Assembly (NCBI GenBank): GCA_000091205.1
Contig: AP006499.2
Direction: 5' to 3' (one strand)
Length of the DNA: 64,000 nt
Origin: Cyanidioschyzon merolae
Taxonomy: Eukaryota
Under the pieces are notes generated by a model. The model was not told the origin of the DNA. It saw only the letters and a program-made list of their open reading frames with translations, and ran no database searches. The translations under genes were made by a program, and so were the position numbers. Shown here piece after piece: positions 11,404 through 20,400 of the stretch (position 1 is its first letter; every line of letters starts with the position of its first letter).

Positions 11404-13932
11404 TCAGAGAGCGGGTGGCAGTTTCGACATGTCCAGTGGCGCCAGGGAGAGCGGTGGCGAGTACCTGCGCACAAGCGCGGTACGCCCTGTTGTCGTTGTC
11501 GTCGTCTCCGTTCCGGTGAGCGCACTCGGGTCCGCAGAGCCGGCATCCGCGATACCCGCTGCGGAACAATGCTCCAGTGCAGTCGTGCCTGTGGTTGGCG
11601 ATACCGTCGCGTTTCGCCCTGGTGGATACTGAGGCGTACCCGCCGATTCCAGTCGCAGCCGCAGTTCCCGATCAATACGCACCAGTTCCTGGTACACCTC
11701 TGCCATCGAGGGTCGCTTCTGTGGCTGCTCCTGTAGACAACGATTCACGAGCTGTACATACGCGCGCTTATCCTCGTGCTGCTTGCCGGCAGGCACCAGC
11801 GGCATACTCAGGCAAAGTCCTTGAAAAGCCACCGCCACCAGCACCTGCATCGGCTGTAGACCAGCAAACGGAATGCGTCTGGTGATCACCTCCCAGGCGA
11901 CCACACCAAAAGAATACACGTCGCACTTCTCGTTGTGCGGTTCGTTACGAATGACTTCGGGAGCGGTCCATTCGGGCGTGCCTCCGGCAATGCGACTCGT
12001 GAGAAACGTTCGATGTTTCGCACGGGAGAGCCCAAAGTCCGAGATTTTCACCCGCCAGTTCTCGCTAACGAGGCAGTTCATGGACTTGAGATCCCGATGG
12101 ATGATCGGTGGATGGCAAGCGTGAAGATACGTCATGCCACGAGCAGCGTCCTGCATCATGGCTAGGCGCCGACGCCAGGGTAGCCGCACGCGGCGCGACG
12201 GGTCTGCAGGCGTGTGCAGCAGGTCAAAGAGGCTCCCACGCGGCATCAACTCGATAACGATGCAGAGGTTCGGTGGTGCTACCACAGCACCGAAGAACTG
12301 CACGATGCACGGGTGACGCAGGTTTGCCATGATGTCGCATTCGGCGAGAAACTCGTCGAGTTCCTCCGCGGACAGCGCTCGATCGAGAAGCGAGCGTTTC
12401 ACTGCGACCTCGGTGCCTCGCCAGAGCGCTCGATGCACCGAGCCAAAGCCCCCCGCCCCAATATGTTCCAGAATCTGCAGCTCGGACTCGTCAATACACC
12501 AGCGACGACGAGCGCTCACGAGCGACTGCTCAGGATCAGGCTGTGTACATCGATGACCGACTAGAACGGGGGCCCAGGCTGGCGACGATGGACCCCGGAG
12601 GCTGCCACTACTGCCACCGGCACCACCGCCATCACCACCACCGGCACCTCGTCGCTGTTGTGGTGTTCCCAGGGCGCTCGTGACCGTATTCGCCTGTTGT
12701 TGCTGTTGCTGTGAATCCGCAATCGTTGGCGTCGTATCACCCGTTTCGGAATCATTGGCGATATCTTCGTCCATGGGGACAGGCTCGGGTCGGAAGAGCT
12801 CCTCACTGGATCGACTCCGACCCGAGGCTCGTTCCACGTCGGTGTCGCTGGCAGGCTTGGCGTTGGCGGCCTTTTCGCGTTCGCGGCGTCGCTGACGCAG
12901 GTACCAGACACCAACGCCGCTGCCCAGCAGACAAGCGCCCAGCACAGGTAGCACAGTTGCCACCGCGATGACCCAGGGCGGAGCACCTCCGGTGCCCGAA
13001 CCTGGCCCCTGGAGCGTGCTGGTCGTTGGTGCGACACCCAGCGTTTCAACAGTCCCGCCAACGAGTGTAATCGGTACACCAGCTGTCCCGCTCATGGCAC
13101 CGGAATTGACGTAGTTCTGGAGACCCTGCGTCGCGTTCTCCGCTTCAACCCCGCGAGGAACAATTGCGGTATAGGTAGCGTATACGGAACCTGCGTACAA
13201 GTTCGTCAGATAGAACTGCGAGGCATCGAGTATGCCGTTTGTGCTATTTGCCATCCACCGTTTCAGCTGTTCGCTGTAGAGGCTGGTAAACTCCCCCAAG
13301 GTCAGATTACGAATGTAGAGCGTCGCCTCCATGTACAAATAGTTGCTGGCAGGCGAGGGCATTGCTGGTGTTGGTACCGGACGCGCTTGTTTCTGGCCAG
13401 TCAGGAAGGTGTCGGGCGTAGGCGACGCACTTGGTGCCATATACACTGGAATGTTCTCGTCGACGAGCGTAACGTTCACCGCCGCCGCTCGCGACAGCGC
13501 ACCACTGTCAATCCAGTCCGTCAGCGCTATGCGGACGGAGCTCGCGATTCGTGTAGGTACCTGAATCATAAATACTGCAATCCGAACCCGAGGCTCATAG
13601 TTCGTGAGCGTCACGGGCGGCGCGTGGTGCACCGACGGATAGTGCCCCAGAATGAACTGCTGCAGGCCGGTTTCCAGCCTTAACATATCGTTCTCGTTCA
13701 CGCTGCCGGAAGATGCGCTCACATTTAACCGTACCAAAAGCAGCTCATCGTCTCGTGGCCAGTTTGATGGTGTCGGGCTCGGCTGCGGCAACGAACTCAC
13801 GAGTAACGTCGGCGTCAAGGAAACGGGCTCCACGAGCGGCAACGTCGAGGTGGCACTCGCTGGCCCCGAGCACACCCCCAGGAGCGCTAAGATGACAAGA
13901 AAAACGATAAGGACCGCACGACTATTGGTCAT
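11404..13932 (-). CDS. Receptor-like serine/threonine kinase (TKL type) with signal peptide, N-glycosylated ectodomain, single TM and cytoplasmic kinase domain
   Basis: The first ATG (13932) yields the signal peptide MTNSRAVLIVFLVILALLGVCSGPASA; the ORF-track start at 14052 is GTG. The ectodomain is ~330 aa with several N-x-S/T sites. The TM helix is WVIAVATVLPVLGACLLGSGVGVWYL. Kinase motifs are GAGGFGSVHRALW..VAVK, HRDLKSMNCLV, DFGLSR and GTPEWTAPE. A polyQ/polyG low-complexity juxtamembrane region is present. TGA at 11404-11406. Confidence 0.85.
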   Translation of the reverse strand: MTNSRAVLIVFLVILALLGVCSGPASATSTLPLVEPVSLTPTLLVSSLPQPSPTPSNWPRDDELLLVRLNVSASSGSVNENDMLRLETGLQQFILGHYPSVHHAPPVTLTNYEPRVRIAVFMIQVPTRIASSVRIALTDWIDSGALSRAAAVNVTLVDENIPVYMAPSASPTPDTFLTGQKQARPVPTPAMPSPASNYLYMEATLYIRNLTLGEFTSLYSEQLKRWMANSTNGILDASQFYLTNLYAGSVYATYTAIVPRGVEAENATQGLQNYVNSGAMSGTAGVPITLVGGTVETLGVAPTTSTLQGPGSGTGGAPPWVIAVATVLPVLGACLLGSGVGVWYLRQRRREREKAANAKPASDTDVERASGRSRSSEELFRPEPVPMDEDIANDSETGDTTPTIADSQQQQQQANTVTSALGTPQQRRGAGGGDGGGAGGSSGSLRGPSSPAWAPVLVGHRCTQPDPEQSLVSARRRWCIDESELQILEHIGAGGFGSVHRALWRGTEVAVKRSLLDRALSAEELDEFLAECDIMANLRHPCIVQFFGAVVAPPNLCIVIELMPRGSLFDLLHTPADPSRRVRLPWRRRLAMMQDAARGMTYLHACHPPIIHRDLKSMNCLVSENWRVKISDFGLSRAKHRTFLTSRIAGGTPEWTAPEVIRNEPHNEKCDVYSFGVVAWEVITRRIPFAGLQPMQVLVAVAFQGLCLSMPLVPAGKQHEDKRAYVQLVNRCLQEQPQKRPSMAEVYQELVRIDRELRLRLESAGTPQYPPGRNATVSPTTGTTALEHCSAAGIADAGSADPSALTGTETTTTTTGRTALVRRYSPPLSLAPLDMSKLPPAL

Positions 13933-14094
13933 TGCGACAGCATACCGAGAAAACAGAACCCTTGCTTGTTTTTTGCTGCCGCCACTCGAGTACAGCCACA
14001 GCCAGCGAACGTTCCCAGTTTGGGTCCGCGCATCGAGTGAGAAACTGACCACGATTGTGGCGCTGCTGCCTCGATGCGAATGCGCCGCTGCGAT

Positions 14095-14462
14095 CCCAGA
14101 CGTCTCCGGGCGCCTCGTACTGTTTCCTGATCAGAATTGTATAGTAATAAACAATTATAGCAATATATATCTACCTTTGGTGTTGGGCGATTGCGGACAG
14201 CACCGTCGAGGAACCATCCCAGACGTCTCCGGGCGCCTCGTACTGTTTCCTGATCAGAATTGTATAGTAATAAACAACTATAGCAATATATATCTACCTT
14301 TGGTGTTGGGCGATTGCGGACAGCACCGTCGAGGAACCATCCCAGACGTCTCCGGGCGCCTCGTACTGTTTCCTGATCAGAATTGTATAGTAATAAACAA
14401 TTATAGTCATATATATCTATCTTTGGTGTTGGGCGAATGCGGACAGCACCGTCGAGGAACCC
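14095..14462. repeat. Tandem repeat, 123-bp unit x3, with an AT-rich TATA-like core, in the receptor-kinase promoter
   Basis: 'cccagacgtctccgggcgcctcgtactgtttcctgatcagaattgtatagtaataaacaa(t/c)tatag(c/t)aatatatatcta(c/t)ctttggtgttgggcga(t/a)tgcggacagcaccgtcgaggaacca' begins at 14095, 14218 and 14341. It lies 160-530 bp upstream of the kinase ATG (minus strand). Confidence 0.85.
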
Positions 14463-15480
14463 AGTGACACACGGATGTGTTTTCGAGATGGACAATGGGC
14501 ATTCGTCGTTCCTAGCATTCGAAAGGGTGTTGATGATGAGGATAACGACCGCAGCGATCCCGATACGAAATCGGGGAATTAGTGTACGTCATTCATAGCA
14601 TTCGACGGGTGTCAATAGGGATGTCCATGGCGGCGATCGCGTGACGGTTTCCGTACCTGGGGTTGTTGTAGGCGCAAGCGGTGCATATACGGACGTTTCC
14701 ATCTGCGCTTCATTCTCGATTTGGCTCTTCTTGTTCGTATACAGCATCGATGTGCGATTCGGAACTGGCATGCTAGCCTGTGGTTGATTGCGGGAGCGGC
14801 GTGCCCTCGTATGTCCGCCGTATCGCCTTCTCTGGAAGCTGCACTGCAGTGCTTGAACGCTTGCTCCATCTCTCGGCAGTTGTTCTTCATGAGCACAGAG
14901 GGCTTGCCTCGGTGCGTCTCTCCGTGTTGGCGCCATATACCATAGTGCGGAATTACCGCGTCGTTCTGGGCGATGCTGTCCGTGAATATGCTTTCTGGTG
15001 GAAGCGCGAGCGCATGCTTACTCGTGCGATAGAGGATTTGCAGAACGCGATGTTTTCCATGATGACACGCAAGAATCGCGAGAAAAATTAAGACTGGTGG
15101 AAGCATACGAAACTTTGCAACTGTCGCTGGTCCCATGACGCGAATCGACGACGCACTCTGTACTGAAAGGGATCGCTGTGATAACGAAGTCCGAATTCTA
15201 GACCCTTTTCTACGCACACACACACATACACACAGAGAAGAGCCGGAAGTCTCCGGAAGTATACCCCACGAGATGGATCATAGGGCTGCTGCGGGCCTGC
15301 CGTTTCGTCGATAGCCACAATGAGATGAGGATTTATCGTCGCAACGGAATCGATCATGTGATTTGAGAAGGTCACGAACTGGTCGGCAGGAGCTTGTGAA
15401 GAAATCGTCAAGGGACGCCGTCGAGGTTCTTCGCTCGTCAAAGTCATGCGACGGAGATCTTTGGACGCACGCTGTTGTTT

Positions 15481-15715
15481 GCTTGAAAAGAAAGATCGAA
15501 AACTCGTACCATTTGTGATTTGAACATGCTACGCGTCAGGAACGCAGAAATGTCGAGGCTCGTACATGTGAATTGGGCGATAATTGCGGGTGTTTTCATT
15601 CTGAAAAGAACGATCGAAAACTCGTACCATTTATGATTTGAAAATGCTACGCGTCAGGAACGCAGAAGCGTGGATGCTTCTACATGTGAACTGGGCGATG
15701 ATTGCGGTTATTTTA
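15481..15715. repeat. Tandem duplication, ~117-bp unit x2
   Basis: 'gaaaagaa(a/c)gatcgaaaactcgtaccatttgtgatttgaacatgctacgcgtcaggaacgcagaa...acatgtgaa(t/c)tgggcgat(a/g)attgcgg' occurs twice consecutively. Confidence 0.7.
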
Positions 15716-17460
15716 AAAATGCCTGTTCGAGGGCGTTCCACGTCATCTTGATGCCCGTCACCGGTGGAATTCAACCCGCCATACATCAGAGAATCCACTC
15801 CAAAAAGCCGATCGAGCATCAGAAAAGTCATGTATGAATCCGGACGCCGATATCATTGCACACGGAGTCTCGAGGTTGCAGATCCAAAGCACGCTCGGAA
15901 ACAACATTGAAAAATAGGTTCAGAGCGAGTAGTTCAGTGTTCCGCGTTCAGGCGACACGGGTATATTGTCGTCTGGGTATGCGATGACGCTCCGTAACCG
16001 GACAAGCGACCATCTTTTCTCTCTAGACGCCGCCAAGTTCCCCGAATCCCATACGAAACTTTCCGTCGAGATCGACGGCTTGGTCCTTCCGGGGAACCTC
16101 CTGGTCTGGTGACATGCCTCGAATAGACGCTGGATATGTCACCGTTTCCGCAGCCTCCATGCGAAGACAGCTGCGCGTTGCGGTGCCGTGGCCGGTGTCA
16201 ACTCGCGACCCATCCTGCATATGTGCTGCTCGGTCGTTGCACAAAGCGATGGCTGGTGGTGATCCACGAACGTTTGCGTCAAGGCCCGTCCGACAGCGCT
16301 CTCCGCACAGGCACGCGGTGTCCATCGTTTTCCAGGGCTTCAGGTTCGATTTTGCGTCAAGGCGCCGTCCTGAAACGGCATCTGATCAGCAACAACAACA
16401 ACAACAACAACTGCATATGCACGGCGACGACAAGTCCCGAATCCGCTGGATACAGAGGGTGCACGACCCGTCTTCGCTCCAGTTGTATCACTTGTTGGTG
16501 TCGCAGTATCGCTGCGCTTATGCGAGTCTCAACCTTTCCATATCGTGTATGCATCGCCTACTATATCGTAGCGCTTCACACAAGAAAACTTGGCGGCATC
16601 GTGCGGTGTCATGCGAGTTTAGCATTGTATGCTTTGTGATGCACGAACTTCGGAGCAACCAGGATCTGCTTTCGAATGACCGGATGCTTTTTTGCGTCAC
16701 GAGAAACCCTCCCTCCATAGACACTGTGAAGGACAAGTGTTGCGCATAACGCGCTCCATGCCCGGCACTTTATCACCAAATGCGCTTCACACAACAGCGT
16801 GCCTATGCCTGCATTCCTGGGTGGCGCACGACGCCTCTGGCGCTCGCAGGATGCTGAGTTCGGGTATGCACCACAAGCAGGCGCCCGGGGTGTCATGAAC
16901 ACGGCCGCCACTGGGGCCACGGCAGTTGCCAGAGGCGTCAGCGCAGGGTACCGTGGGCGACGCACAAACGCACTGCTGGAGCGTTTTCTTATGTGGCTTC
17001 GTTCATGGTGCAGGATCGGTGCAGTGTAGCTGCCTGCTGATGATGATGCTCACCCGAGTGCGCGGTTGTCTTCGGCAACCGGGGCTACGACACCCGCTCT
17101 GCTGTAGACCCATGTGTTTCCCTAGGGATCCCCAGAGCGGATCGGGGCGTCAAGCACACATCATAGCAGGTATGCAGAACACGTCCGTGCGAGCATTCCG
17201 GGAACAACAGCAACTGCTACAACGACGAGTGTACCCGTGGTATCGCAACACCGTCGCCACCGGCCAGCGACATTGCCATAAAGCGGCTACGCACAAGCGC
17301 TGCAGCTGCCTCTTGAGTCCTCTGCTGCTGCTGCTGCTGCTGCAGCTGAGCACCTGCCTCCACATTCCGACTCGCTGGCGCCTTGGCGAGGACAAACGTG
17401 TGCCCAGCAGCGACCCGGCTATGCTGCAGCATCGCTGGTGCTCCCGGGCGCCTTTTGTGC

Positions 17461-20400
17461 TCAGCGTAGCTCATCATGACGGGTAGGGTGCATCGATTGC
17501 TCCCGCTGTGCAACGAATGCTTCCCAGGCGTGGTCATCGACCAGCGTCGCTGCTGCGGTAGCCTCTGTATCCAGTTCGTCCCAATGCGGAATGATACGGC
17601 GAGCGCTTTCGAGTTTCGACTCGTGTGTACTCGGATTATTACAGAGATCAATGGTTTTGGCACGAGCCTTGCTCTGTTCGCTGCACCAGGTCTCGCACCA
17701 GAGCCATTCGGACGGTAGGGATTCGAGGGGAACCAGCGGTTCAGCAGCGTTCATGGTACCGCTTTGCTCAGCCAGCGGCACACTTGCATAGTTCGGCAGA
17801 TCCTGGTCCAAATTCGAAAGCGACTCTGGATCGGCGCTCAGTCTCTGGTACAACGCTCGAAGCGTGTCACCGGCACGGTGTGCGCGAAAACGTTTCAGAT
17901 CAACAACGAACAACGCTGATATGTGGTACGGTTGCCCGCGTAGGTGTTTCGCCCAGAATCCTCGCTTCCAAAACCGATACGCATCCATTTCGGGACGATC
18001 GTCACAAAACGGCACGAAACCGTAGACAGCACGTGATCCGAGGGCCAGCTCCCAGAGCTCACCGAGGTCACCGCGAACCACTTGATCCGAATCGATGAAG
18101 ATGATACGTTCCACATCCGACGGGAACAAAACATCTAGGAATAAAATCTTATACGCCCAGATCAGGCGCTGTTTCTCGTGCTGCGGCCGTAGCCATCGAG
18201 GCCAGGCATACCATACCAGTTCGTAGTCGAAGCCGAGGCGATGTGCTAGTCGTGGCAACTGGGCACGAAACCTGGGCGACAGAAAGTTGCCCACCAGCCA
18301 GAACTTGCAGCGATACCTCGGTGTCGCTCGGACCGCACTCAGCATCATGATTCGAAGCAGTCGTTCGTACAAATGCCCAGAGGCAATCGAGAACAGATGT
18401 ATCAGAGGACGCTTGTCCGCTGATGATGACGACGACGATGATGCGCTCGGCGGTAGACAGAGACGCTCGCGACGCTGCACTTGTGACGACGTCCGAAGGG
18501 CAGCGACGAGCGCCCAGACGCGCTCATACCAGGTACGTTGCAGGTGCGCCACACGCAATAGCAGCAGCGGCTGTGACTGTGTCGACTGGCCCCACAAGTC
18601 GTCCACAACCAATAACGTGGCGTTGCTGGCATCGATCGGCTGCAGGTCCACAAGTCTAGCGGCATAAGGCGCGCGTTGCGCCTCGACAAGGGCAATCGAG
18701 AGGTCATCGCGTTGCCTCCCGAACGCCGAGGGAATCGGTATCGGCACAAGACGCCAAATGCCCGGTGTCAATGCCAGCTGAAAGTAGCCGGAACCCTCCA
18801 TCACGACAGTCTCGACCCGAGACCGACGCTCACGACTGCAGTGATCCGGGTGTCGAATGCCGCCATGCTGCTCCAGGCGTAACGCGAGGCCAGGTGCTCG
18901 TGTAGACGGCTGCCGATCGACGACGAAGCCCTCTACGATGAGCTTGCTCAGTTCGTATCGAATGGAGCGATGCGAAGGCGTACCTGGGGGTGCCCACTGC
19001 ACCAGTGCCACATTGTCTGGATCCAGCTCAGCATGCTGCACTGTTGTGAACCAGGTTGCTGGTGTCCGCAGGTGAACGCTGTGGATCCGGTGCTCGGCAA
19101 GTCGATCGAAGATGACGCTGGCGCTGGTACCGTTCGCCAGGGCATCTGCGAAACGCGTCACCAGCTTGGAGCGTACGTACCGCGGCTGGAGCAGGCGTCC
19201 GTCATCGCCTCGCCACTGGAGTCGCGGGTTCAGCGTGACATCGAGTTCAGCGTCGAGTGCTTCGCCAAGTAACTTGCGTAGCACCAGGGTGAACGAAGCA
19301 TCAGCGGCTGTGAATGGTGCAATGAGGCCCTCTGCTCGCAGCGCGCTTCCAGTGTGCTGCCTGGGTACTGCGGGCGCCTTGCGATACCGCAGTGCAGGCA
19401 CCAGGTGCCGCAAACGACGAAGCGAGTCAAGCGGTAGCTCGCTGGGCGACTGCTGCACTAGAAGCGATCCGCCACTGGGCCTGCAGCTTCCATCCAAAAC
19501 GTCTGCGAGGATCGTGGAGATCAAGACCGCATCCGCTTGATGCGACTGATCCACAGGGCTGCAGCGCCCAGATAGCGGCTTTGTTTGCCGAATGATGTAC
19601 GAGCCGCAACGAGCCTCCATCAGAGCCGCTTCCCGCTGGAGGACAGCCTTGAAGAGCGCAGCGGCGTGATGTGCCCAAACCTCGTCCCGATCGATTCGAT
19701 ACCGTCTACCGTTGACAACGAGCGCTAGTTGACCTGGGTCGACGCCCCAGCCGCCAGAGAACAACAATCGGAGCCAATTTGGTGCTGGTGTGCCCGTTAG
19801 GGTAGGCGCTGTGGATGCAGGGCTCACCTCCACGCCACCACAGATGCGCTCCAGGCGCCGTCTCAGGGCGTCATCGAGTTGCATCGAAGAGCGCGACGCA
19901 TTCGCAGGTGTCGCTGTCCACAGCTGCATAAGCGATCGAGCAACTGGGCCCGCCTGGAGACCCGTATGAAAGAGCCCGAGTCGTACCGCAGACGGCCATG
20001 CAGCTGCTCCCGGATGGTGTGACGGTTGCGTCCACTGCTGTTCCGCGAGTACGCGCATCGCATCGTGGAGAAACCTGCAGCCGAAAGTTGTATCCAGGTC
20101 GAGAAGAAGCCACACGGTCAATGGCGGCTGGCATCCATCGTCGTGGGCGTCAGCCGCATCCACAACTGCCAAGCGATACGGGATGTTCAGGAGATGCACT
20201 GCATCGCCCTGGGTATGCTGTTGCTGCTGTGCAAAGAGCGCATCCCAGAGCAGTGCAATCGACTGCAGGCCCTGCTCGATGTGCTCCTGCTGTAGCGCTG
20301 TCGATCCCGAGACCAGCTGGGATGTTGCTGAGAGCAACTGCGTCTCAAAGGCCGGCACAAGCACCAGTCTCGTTGCCAGAACCGCAGCAGTGGCGCTCTC

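Noticed and set aside
14095-14495. 188-aa minus-strand ORF (13929-14495) and 271-aa plus-strand ORF (13652-14467)
   Set aside because: They span the 123-bp x3 tandem repeat and reproduce the same peptide three times (…GTIPDVSGRLVLFPDQNCIVINNYSNIYL…). They are repeat-derived, not genes.
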